The notes under the pieces were generated by a model. It searched no databases and was not told where the DNA came from. It saw nothing but the letters and a program-made list of their open reading frames with translations. Of a stretch of DNA of 31,440 bases, positions 16,532-25,589 are shown in pieces. The stretch spans positions 1 to 31,440 of IMG/VR virus record IMGVR_UViG_3300016472_001021. One strand, given 5' to 3'. A program made the translations under genes and the position numbers. The number at the start of each line of letters is the position of its first letter. Position 1 is the first letter of the stretch. The DNA is from a virus (taxonomy: Duplodnaviria; Caudoviricetes).

Positions 16532-17252
16532 AAAAGACAAAATTGATGTTTCTGATGAAAATAAGACTCAGATTGTGGAGCAAAAAATTCCCAAAATTTG
16601 TGATTTAGAATGGACAGACTATGTTTTAAGCTTATTAAGTGAAGATGAAAAAATTAATGGTAATCCTACTACTGATGGATTAAGAAGAATTTTTGAAATT
16701 GCATTAGATTGTAGATTAGTATCATCAAGATCTAATGTTGTTCAGACTCCTGATCCTAATAATGAAAAACGAGCTACTGTGATTCATTCTATAGCTTATT
16801 ATTTAAATATAGACTCTGCTGACACCCACGGGATTAATATCATCACTGTGGATGGCTCTGCGGACGTTTACTGGGGTAACTGTGACAAGGTATATCGAAA
16901 TCATCCTGTAGCGGTAGCAGAAACAAGAGCAGAAGGAAGAGCATTAAGAAGAGCACTAAGATTGCGCAAAGTAGTAGCAGCAGAAGAACTAGCTAAAGAA
17001 ATTGAAGATCATCCTGATCATAACAGTGTTAATAAAATTAGTAATCAACAAATTAATTTTATAGATGTTTTATCTCAAAGATTAAATATTAATGTAAGTA
17101 AATTATTAGAAGAAAATAACTTAAAAATAGATAATATTTATAGCTTGACACATGAAAGTGCTGTTGATATAATAAGAATGTTATCTAAATATCAACAAAC
17201 TATAGATAGTATTCCACCAACAATTTTAGGCTACTCTAACGAATGGAAATAA
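16521..17252 (+). CDS. Probable single-strand annealing recombinase (Rad52/RecT/ERF-superfamily-like)
   Basis: AVAETRAEGRALRRAL...EEL helix typical of SSAP annealing domains; C-terminal ISNQQINFI...LTHESAVDII helical bundle; AAGGA at 16514-16518 favours ATG 16524. Confidence 0.6.
   Translation: MMAKKDKIDVSDENKTQIVEQKIPKICDLEWTDYVLSLLSEDEKINGNPTTDGLRRIFEIALDCRLVSSRSNVVQTPDPNNEKRATVIHSIAYYLNIDSADTHGINIITVDGSADVYWGNCDKVYRNHPVAVAETRAEGRALRRALRLRKVVAAEELAKEIEDHPDHNSVNKISNQQINFIDVLSQRLNINVSKLLEENNLKIDNIYSLTHESAVDIIRMLSKYQQTIDSIPPTILGYSNEWK
17145..17173 (+). promoter_or_regulatory. Perfect-consensus sigma70 promoter with extended -10, inside the SSAP coding sequence
   Basis: TTGACA (17145-17150), 17-nt spacer ending TGa, TATAAT (17168-17173); 82 nt before ATG 17256. 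Confidence 0.85.
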
Positions 17253-17255
17253 TTT

Positions 17256-17579
17256 ATGAAAGTGCTATATAAAGCTAATGACAAATTACAATTTGAACTG
17301 GAAGGTAATGGACAAAAAGAAATTTTTAAAGAACTGGCTTTAATTCAAGAAATTTTTAGCGAGAATAAGTGTGGAATATGTAGTAGTACCAATATTAAAT
17401 TTATAGTTAGAAGTGTTGAAGGAAATGATTATTATGAACTAAGATGTTCTGATTGTGGTGCTATTTTAGCATTTGGTCAACACAAAAAAGGAGGAACACT
17501 ATTTCCTAAGCGCAAAGATGATAATGGTAACTATCTTCCCCATAATGGTTGGCACAAGTGGGTTAAAGATAAAGAATAA
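17256..17579 (+). CDS. Hypothetical Zn-ribbon protein
   Basis: CGIC...CSDC, followed by LAFGQHKKGGTLFPKRK...GWHKW. Confidence 0.8.
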   Translation: MKVLYKANDKLQFELEGNGQKEIFKELALIQEIFSENKCGICSSTNIKFIVRSVEGNDYYELRCSDCGAILAFGQHKKGGTLFPKRKDDNGNYLPHNGWHKWVKDKE

Positions 17580-17942
17580 TCACCATCTTTTAATTGGACA
17601 TTCTTCATTAGCTAAGCTTAATTTATTCATATGATTGCGCACTCTATTAATAATGCACCCACACTGTGAACAAGTTTTATTTTGAAAAAATTCACAACTT
17701 TCACAAATTCTGAAGCGTGATTCTATTAATTCATTAGAGGCCATTCCATCATTAAGAGTTTGATCTGAGTATTCTATACTACTAAAACTTTTTATTTGAT
17801 TTACAAGATCTGGCATTGATGAACTAATTTGCAAAGCAGAACATGGGAATATTGGTGGTTGGTCATCATTGGTAGATATTTGTAATCCACAATTATTGCA
17901 TTTATAAGAATTATAAGATAGTTGTATAAATTCACAAAACAT
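17580..17942 (-). CDS. Small Cys-rich protein (DUF6171-like C-terminus)
   Basis: R..ICESC....TCSQCGC.....K......CPIKRW; N-terminal C..CNNCG..C. Confidence 0.7.
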   Translation of the reverse strand: MFCEFIQLSYNSYKCNNCGLQISTNDDQPPIFPCSALQISSSMPDLVNQIKSFSSIEYSDQTLNDGMASNELIESRFRICESCEFFQNKTCSQCGCIINRVRNHMNKLSLANEECPIKRW

Positions 17943-17963
17943 AATTATTTAAAATATCATTAC

Positions 17964-20900
17964 TTATTGTGTTGGTGTTGGTGTGGGCTGTGGTTTGGTA
18001 AAATATTCATAAGGAATCATTTCAAAATCATATAAACTTCTTAATTGATGAGTTTTATTTTCTATTTCATCAACACTACCAAAAAATGTTCTAAACATCA
18101 TCTCATTTAACAACTTAAAAAAATCAGGAAGACTTGATTCTTTTAATGAGCTATCTGTTTTTCCTTTTTCTAAACATTTCCATTCATAAAAATTATTAAT
18201 TAAACTTTCTGTTCTTCTTACGCCCCAAGTATCTAAAGGATCTAAAGGAGGTCTATTTTGTGGTCTATAGCTATTATTTTGTCCATATCTTAATATGGTG
18301 CCTACACTATCTATAGCTCTCATAGATCTTGGAGCTTTTCTAAATTGTACTTTTAATTCGCTAGTATCATCTAGATTAAAGATATTGTATACTCTTGTTG
18401 GTTTATTAGATAGTGAACCTAAACCATTATTTAATCCTTGAAACATATCTCCAGAAAAATCTGTTTTAAGAAACTTATTCGTTATCAGTTCTTCTCTACT
18501 GACACCTTGTTCATATTGTGTTTCTAATGGATCCAAACCAATTTCATATGTTTCTACAGATGTTACTAAAAATTCTGCATTTGGTAATGTGTTTCTAAAG
18601 TTCTTTTCACTATGAATTCTAAATCTTCTTTCTATAGTTTGTGTTTTCCAAATTGTTACTTTATCCTGATATTTATTTTTCTTCTGATCTATAATAGAAT
18701 CTTTAAAAGTATAAGTTGTTCCTGTTGAGTCTGCTGTTACTATAATATTATCATTTTGTAAATTATTAACAAAAGAAAAATCTGGACAAATATTATTAAA
18801 ATCAAATATTTGACCTCCGACTCCTACAGCACTAAAAACAGGATTGGTATTTTGACATATATATTTGATTGATTTTAGTATTCTGGGTCTCATTTCTTCA
18901 GCAATACTAATAGATTGTTTAGGGTCGATATTAATCCAATAATAATTATCTGATAAATTTTGATACTCTATATCTATAGATTTATCAGAGTTCTGTGTAA
19001 TATTAACTCTTTGAGATGGTATAATTCCACCATCTGTTGTATGATATTTTTGTTTTTCTATATCTAAAATATAAGAATAGATAATTTTAAATAAATTAGC
19101 TTTTTCTAGCACCTCACTAGTTGTTAATTTAATAAATTCAGTATTATCAAATTCTATAAATCCTTGTAAAAAATTATTATTATTAAAATCTTCAGAAGAT
19201 ATAAATATTTTAGCTTTTTTAATAGTTTGAAAATCTATTAATTTAAGTAAATCATTTCTTTCAGTATATAATTTTTGTAATTTACTATATGTTCTATATT
19301 TATAGCAAGATGGATTATTGAGTGTTTGGAAACAATCTGCTTCGTCATCATCTAAATTGTTATAATGTTGTTGAATATAATATATAGAATCTGACAATAA
19401 AATTCTATTAGTCTCTGAGCTTTTGCCTATAAGATTATCTAGACTAACAATATTAGTATTATTAATAGTATCTAGTCTTGTTGTAAGAATATTTAATTGA
19501 TCTTGAGTGATTCTTTCTATTGTTTCTTTATAAGAATAATTATTTTCTATAGTAACACTAGCTATAGTATTGCGATATAAGCGATTAATAATGTCACTAT
19601 TTTTTATTTTTAGATAAATCATATTATATTTATAATCTTTAGAATATGTTTTATTATCTTTAATTGAAGTATTAATATTATTTAATAAATTACGTATAGT
19701 TTCGGTATTATCTGTGGTATTATTATTAAAAGTATTATCATATATATGATAAAAACTATTATTAACTATATAATTATTAATAGTATCATAATATACAGGA
19801 TATGATTCTAATGCGCTATTAATAGTAATTTTTTCTCCAACTGGAATATCGGTAGGAGCCATAAAACCAATACCATTTTGATTAGGTAATATTAAACTTA
19901 ATTCATTATAATAAAATTTATCATTTTTAAAACTATTTAATTGATTATATATAGATTCTATATTATTAATTTGTACTTTTCTAGATAATATGTTTTTATT
20001 TTTTATGTTAGATCCATTACCATATGAACCTAAACTATTAGTTGAAAAAGTAAGATCCGGCACAGTATCATTTGGTGGCTGATCGCTATTTAATCCAAAT
20101 AAAGATATTGGCGAATATGTACCATTCTCAAATGTAGAATTTTCAGCTCCACAAATAATTACAATATTTTCTGGCAATAAAAAGGAAGAACATTGATTTA
20201 ATATTTCTTTAGATTTATCTAAAACTAAAATTGTTATATATTTAGAGTCTTTATATATTAAAGCTTTACATATTACTTTAGCTAATAAATTATTACAATC
20301 TAAAGTTATAGAATCATTAATACTTATTAAATAATAAGGTATACTACTATCTATAGCAATTAAAGTTTCATTTTCTTGATGTAGATGTTGAAAAATATTT
20401 GTATTATGTACAACTCTATTAAAAAACACTAACTCATTAACACTCATAAAATTAAAAGTATTATAAACTTCGTTGTCAATGTTCTGAAAAATAGCTTTGG
20501 TTTCATCATCAGCATTAGCGGGAGTAGCCTGTTGTACAACATATGGTACAAATAATTCATCCACAATATCGCTATTTTTAGAAACTACAAAAAAATCAAA
20601 TCTAAATAACTTACTATCTGCTTTAATTAGCTTATATTCTTTTAGTGGCAGAGCCGGAGTATTATTTAGTTTAAAAATACTAGCTTCAACTTTATACCAA
20701 AAAATTCCATCTTTACTAATATTTAATAATATTTTATCAGAATTACCAAAAGGATAACTATCATATTCTATATCAAAAGTTTCTCGTTGAGCTAATTCAA
20801 GAATTGGAATAGCGCGTGATTCTCTAAAATAACCCATTAGCATTTCAAATCCAAGATAGTATGTTGCTCCTAAGCCCCCAACCAAAACACCTACCAAAGT

Positions 20901-23900
20901 TCCTGTCATGCCTCCCACAGCAGTACCAGCCAAAATAAAAATTATTGCTTCGCTAGGAAATCTTGGGGTATTAATTAATACTCCTTTGCCTATTAGTTCA
21001 TTATCAGCATATTCACAAGCATTATAGTTTTGAAAAAATGTTGTTGGAGCATTCATATTAACTAAAGGCAATAAAAACTTAGTTTCAGTAAGATCTGCTA
21101 TAAAACTATATCCAGGATATTGAGGTTTTTTACCATATTCTATCAGACTTAAACTATCTGTACCTCCATAATTAGCCAAAGAATTTACTTGACTAGTAAC
21201 AGGTTTTTTAACATCTTCAGTATGTAATATTAATTCCCAACTACATAGATTATTAAATAAATTAGCACTAACTATAGAAGTTTCTATATTTGAAATACTA
21301 GTTAATAATTCATTATTAACAATAGTGTCCATAGGAAACATTTCATCTGGTTCTTCTAATACAGCAATATTCAAAGTAAATTTTGTAGAAGAATCATAGT
21401 TGGGAAATAGATAAGAACAACCTTTACTTGGTCTTGGATTTCTTTTGAATAAAGATCTATTACATAATTTTTCAAAAGTATTATTATTAATATTTAAACG
21501 ATTAAGCTTAAGAATATTGCTACCTACGCTATTAGCATATGTATTAAGTTCAGCAACATGACAAGAAGGATTGACGCTAGAATTATTATTTACCACATTT
21601 TGATCAGGATTTAGCGGACCTCTACTAAAACTATTTATATCATACAAAACATTATTTTTATTAGTAGAATTAGAAAATTTGATACTAAAATTATAATCTT
21701 TATTTTGGATAGTTTCTTGATTTAAAAGATATAATACCACATTATCTTCTGGATAATTTGTAGAATTTTGATCTGTAAGTTTTTTCAAATAATCATTTAT
21801 ACCAATATTTTTTACATCAATAAAATTTGAAGTATTAAAATTATTATTAATATTATTATCAATACCATATTTTTTATGAGTATTATTAGGTATAAATTGA
21901 TCTATAAAATTATTAGAGCTTGTAATTTGGGGAGGAGCCCTTGGCGCAGAATTGCTTGATTGAATTAGTCTCATCCCCTCTTTTTCTGTATCGCAATACT
22001 CAACCTCTAACCAAATTATTAAATTTTTAGTGTTAACATAATTTAAAAAATTTAATTTAATTTCTACATCTTTAATAGTTAAATTATTTATTCTAGGATT
22101 TCTTAAATTAATATTTTTATTTTGTTCTATAAAATCAAGAACCGGCTGTCCCGCACCATTAGCTGCTCCAGGATCTATTCCTTTTGCTTGTAAATTAAGA
22201 ATACTTTGAGTTTCTTGATCTATATTTATTGGATAATTAGGACCAACAACATTAAAACTATAAATAAATTTATTAGAGTCTTCATCAATAGATAGATTAA
22301 ATTCATCATTTACAGGAGTACTATTACTTAACAAATTAGTTTCTGGTCTTTTGAATAATCCTCCATTTAATATTCGATATCCATGATGATAATCATTAGG
22401 TCCTCCAGCATATTGATCTGTTAATTCTTTAGTTAGTTGATTTTTTATTAAATGATTAGCTTTAATAGTAGCTCGTCTATTTTTATTTTTTATCACATCC
22501 GAATCACTACTTTCTTGAACCGGACAAAATTCTCCACCATTGTCCCATTGGATTAATGAATTTATATTTAATTCTATAGAGCTTTTAAAGATATTAGCTG
22601 TAATAAGACCACTTGAGGAGTAATTACTAATACCTAAAATACCTGGTCCTGAAAAACTAAAACTTTCTCTAGCACCAGGATTAAATTTTAGAACACTACT
22701 AAGATTACTATTATCATTAACAACCCAACCACTATCAGGAACAAAACATCCTTTTTTAAAAAGAATATTGTTCTCCGTATTCGGCATAATAATATCTTGA
22801 TAGCAAAATTTATCATTATTATTATCGTCTTTAGAATCTAATAGGTATCCTGTAGTTGGAGGCAACATGACTGGATTTATTGCAATAATATTATTTGAAG
22901 TATCAGTTGGTTTTGATAAAGATGATATATTATTTATAGAAAGTTTATTTAAAATCTTGTTACCATATCCACCATATGTTTTAATTTGAGGAGCATTATC
23001 ACTACTAATAATAGGATATCTATATTCATTAGACAAATCGTTGTTAACAGAATTATCAGGAAAATGAAGTGTATGATTTGCTAATACTCTTCTTGGGGCG
23101 TATTTTTGCAAACGAAATTCGCTAGGATTTTTATTAATTCTACTAAACTGTGGCCTTTTAATTGTAACCCCGCCTATAACACTACTAAATTTAGGTTTAT
23201 ATAAACTATAGCACTGAGAACATTCTGCGGTATCATTGCGAATATTTCTCAATATAATTCTATCTAATTTAATTAGAGTATTATCATTTCTATATATAAT
23301 ATTTAATTTAGTATTAGTTGTTTGTGGAGTTATATTTTGATTAGATGCCAAATTACTATAATAATCAACAAACATGAATAAATAGTTGTTACTTTCATTT
23401 AATTTTTCTATTGGTCCTTGCCAAGAATAACCTTTTTGTGCATAGTAATTGGTTCGGATAGGAGCAAATAGTCCGTTTCTATGAATAGCAATAGAATTTA
23501 ATCCAGAAATAAAAACTCTTAATTTATCTTTATTAATATTTATTGGGGCATTTTCAACACTAAATAGATCTAAATTAATAGTATTTATATTTATTCTATC
23601 TGTATTTGGAGCATTTGGCGTATTAATAAAATTATCATTACCACTAATACTAAATGTACCAAAATTAGCATTAACACCACCACCTTCTGTTTTTTCATTT
23701 CCATCTACCACAAAAATAGTTTTAATTTTTGTATAAGATCCATATGGGCCAGATGCTACACATTTAATAACATATTTACCTGTAGAAGAGGGCACGAGCA
23801 TAACTTCATTACTATATGCTACATTATAACTTTTATTAGTTTGGGTTTTATTTAAATCTACAAATTTACAATTTGGTCCTGATACTTTTGTCCAAACAAA

Positions 23901-25589
23901 ATTAAATTCGCCATTTATTAAATCATTGGCCAAATTTGGGACTCTAGGATCACTATATTTTTCTAACAAGTTCGTATGTAGCATTTTTAGCTTAGGAGAA
24001 TATCTTAACCATTGTGCCATAGAAGCATTTTGGTTATTATTTGTTCCCCAATAAAAAACATTATCATTTAAACTATAATCAGCTCTTGGATTAATATCGA
24101 CTCCTGGTATCCGTGAAGGTTTATTTCTCAATAATTCCTCAACACTATTATTTTTTTCTAAAGCTATACCAATCTTAGATCCATCATTTACATAAGGTTT
24201 AACACTATCATATAGAAATATAGTTTTATTAGTAGTATTATTATGTTTTAATGCAATATTTGATTCATTGTCTCCAACATTAGTTTCTACTGATAAATTA
24301 CCTATGTTTATAGTTTTGTTATTAGTAACTATAATATCATTGAAAGTTTTTGGAACTAATGTTTCACCAATTTCTTCTATAATAATACTATTTCCATGAG
24401 CTAACATAGGATTATAACTTAACGTACTAGTACCACCCATCAATAACTTTGCTCCATATTTGTTAATTAATTTAATAAATAGTTCATCATTATTTTTAAC
24501 AATATTATTACTATTTATTTCGTATAAACTATATTCTTGACCAATAATACTTAAAACATTATATAAAGTTGAAATTTCAACTTCTATACTATTGATATTA
24601 GTCTCTAAATAAGAATTAATAGCATTTTTAATATTATCAGTAGGTTTAGCTAACAAAGAAGCAAAAAATTCACTACTAAATGGACTTGTACTCAAAGAGT
24701 GCGCTAATTTTTTATATTTTCTTAAAATATTTTTTGATCTAGTATCAGTTAACTTAATTAAATTATTATTTGCTGTTAAACTATTATAAAAAATATTATA
24801 GTATTTATATAAAGATCCTGATATATATGATCTACAAGATATATTATTAAAATAATCTTGAATTTTTTCTGATTGATTAGAAAAATATAATAATTGATCT
24901 CCATCAGGAATCCAAATTTCTGTATGATCGGATCTATCCAAAATAAAATCTGGATTTACATTATTTGGATCAATATTAGATACTAAAATATCAGCATCAT
25001 TATTGGTATAATTAAAATATATTGTTGAATTAGAGCTAAAAGAAGATTGAATACTAGGATCTGGAAATATTCTTCTAATAGTTTGATTATCTAATTTAAT
25101 ATAACTTATATTATTATATTTTAGTTTGGCATAGTTGGGAAAAGTATCTATTTTGCCAGAAATTTGTGGAATTGTTCTTTTCCAATACATTAAACCAGCT
25201 TCAATTCTATGTTCTGATCTACTTCTATTAAGTATCCAGTCAATAACCATATTTCCGTCGCTTATGGTCCAATTTTTAAATTTAGGACTAAATTCTATAA
25301 AATTTTCTATGCCTATTCTACCACTAGAAAAAGATGAATCGCCAGTAACTGATCCATAATGACTAATTATTTTATTAGATACTAAATTATCATCTTGACA
25401 AAAAACTGGTGTCCAAGTATCTTGATTGTCTGAAGATGAGAATATATCTTGTTTTACAGTGTATACTTCTGTACTTTTATTTTCCCAAATTATTTCATTA
25501 TTTTTTACTGAATAAGATAATAAATCATCTTTAAAAGAGTGTGTTGTAATATCGCAATTTTTAGAAAAATCTAATAAACTCATAATCAT
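17964..25589 (-). CDS. Giant (2541 aa) putative virion/tail-associated protein with PKD-like and P-domain-like motifs and a hydrophobic Gly-rich segment
   Basis: Uninterrupted ORF. WTKVSGP...PSSTGKYVIKCVA (PKD/Ig-like); IKDVEIKLNF...NLIIWL...FTLNI...LCSWELIL (proprotein-convertase P-domain-like); AIIFILAGTAVGGMTGTLVGVLVGGLG. Structural role is inferred from size and context. Confidence 0.65.
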   Translation of the reverse strand: MIMSLLDFSKNCDITTHSFKDDLLSYSVKNNEIIWENKSTEVYTVKQDIFSSSDNQDTWTPVFCQDDNLVSNKIISHYGSVTGDSSFSSGRIGIENFIEFSPKFKNWTISDGNMVIDWILNRSRSEHRIEAGLMYWKRTIPQISGKIDTFPNYAKLKYNNISYIKLDNQTIRRIFPDPSIQSSFSSNSTIYFNYTNNDADILVSNIDPNNVNPDFILDRSDHTEIWIPDGDQLLYFSNQSEKIQDYFNNISCRSYISGSLYKYYNIFYNSLTANNNLIKLTDTRSKNILRKYKKLAHSLSTSPFSSEFFASLLAKPTDNIKNAINSYLETNINSIEVEISTLYNVLSIIGQEYSLYEINSNNIVKNNDELFIKLINKYGAKLLMGGTSTLSYNPMLAHGNSIIIEEIGETLVPKTFNDIIVTNNKTINIGNLSVETNVGDNESNIALKHNNTTNKTIFLYDSVKPYVNDGSKIGIALEKNNSVEELLRNKPSRIPGVDINPRADYSLNDNVFYWGTNNNQNASMAQWLRYSPKLKMLHTNLLEKYSDPRVPNLANDLINGEFNFVWTKVSGPNCKFVDLNKTQTNKSYNVAYSNEVMLVPSSTGKYVIKCVASGPYGSYTKIKTIFVVDGNEKTEGGGVNANFGTFSISGNDNFINTPNAPNTDRININTINLDLFSVENAPININKDKLRVFISGLNSIAIHRNGLFAPIRTNYYAQKGYSWQGPIEKLNESNNYLFMFVDYYSNLASNQNITPQTTNTKLNIIYRNDNTLIKLDRIILRNIRNDTAECSQCYSLYKPKFSSVIGGVTIKRPQFSRINKNPSEFRLQKYAPRRVLANHTLHFPDNSVNNDLSNEYRYPIISSDNAPQIKTYGGYGNKILNKLSINNISSLSKPTDTSNNIIAINPVMLPPTTGYLLDSKDDNNNDKFCYQDIIMPNTENNILFKKGCFVPDSGWVVNDNSNLSSVLKFNPGARESFSFSGPGILGISNYSSSGLITANIFKSSIELNINSLIQWDNGGEFCPVQESSDSDVIKNKNRRATIKANHLIKNQLTKELTDQYAGGPNDYHHGYRILNGGLFKRPETNLLSNSTPVNDEFNLSIDEDSNKFIYSFNVVGPNYPINIDQETQSILNLQAKGIDPGAANGAGQPVLDFIEQNKNINLRNPRINNLTIKDVEIKLNFLNYVNTKNLIIWLEVEYCDTEKEGMRLIQSSNSAPRAPPQITSSNNFIDQFIPNNTHKKYGIDNNINNNFNTSNFIDVKNIGINDYLKKLTDQNSTNYPEDNVVLYLLNQETIQNKDYNFSIKFSNSTNKNNVLYDINSFSRGPLNPDQNVVNNNSSVNPSCHVAELNTYANSVGSNILKLNRLNINNNTFEKLCNRSLFKRNPRPSKGCSYLFPNYDSSTKFTLNIAVLEEPDEMFPMDTIVNNELLTSISNIETSIVSANLFNNLCSWELILHTEDVKKPVTSQVNSLANYGGTDSLSLIEYGKKPQYPGYSFIADLTETKFLLPLVNMNAPTTFFQNYNACEYADNELIGKGVLINTPRFPSEAIIFILAGTAVGGMTGTLVGVLVGGLGATYYLGFEMLMGYFRESRAIPILELAQRETFDIEYDSYPFGNSDKILLNISKDGIFWYKVEASIFKLNNTPALPLKEYKLIKADSKLFRFDFFVVSKNSDIVDELFVPYVVQQATPANADDETKAIFQNIDNEVYNTFNFMSVNELVFFNRVVHNTNIFQHLHQENETLIAIDSSIPYYLISINDSITLDCNNLLAKVICKALIYKDSKYITILVLDKSKEILNQCSSFLLPENIVIICGAENSTFENGTYSPISLFGLNSDQPPNDTVPDLTFSTNSLGSYGNGSNIKNKNILSRKVQINNIESIYNQLNSFKNDKFYYNELSLILPNQNGIGFMAPTDIPVGEKITINSALESYPVYYDTINNYIVNNSFYHIYDNTFNNNTTDNTETIRNLLNNINTSIKDNKTYSKDYKYNMIYLKIKNSDIINRLYRNTIASVTIENNYSYKETIERITQDQLNILTTRLDTINNTNIVSLDNLIGKSSETNRILLSDSIYYIQQHYNNLDDDEADCFQTLNNPSCYKYRTYSKLQKLYTERNDLLKLIDFQTIKKAKIFISSEDFNNNNFLQGFIEFDNTEFIKLTTSEVLEKANLFKIIYSYILDIEKQKYHTTDGGIIPSQRVNITQNSDKSIDIEYQNLSDNYYWINIDPKQSISIAEEMRPRILKSIKYICQNTNPVFSAVGVGGQIFDFNNICPDFSFVNNLQNDNIIVTADSTGTTYTFKDSIIDQKKNKYQDKVTIWKTQTIERRFRIHSEKNFRNTLPNAEFLVTSVETYEIGLDPLETQYEQGVSREELITNKFLKTDFSGDMFQGLNNGLGSLSNKPTRVYNIFNLDDTSELKVQFRKAPRSMRAIDSVGTILRYGQNNSYRPQNRPPLDPLDTWGVRRTESLINNFYEWKCLEKGKTDSSLKESSLPDFFKLLNEMMFRTFFGSVDEIENKTHQLRSLYDFEMIPYEYFTKPQPTPTPTQ

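Noticed and set aside
17967-17999. TGTTGG-like short tandem repeat
   Set aside because: It simply encodes the low-complexity C-terminal PQPTPTPTQ tail of the 2541-aa protein.
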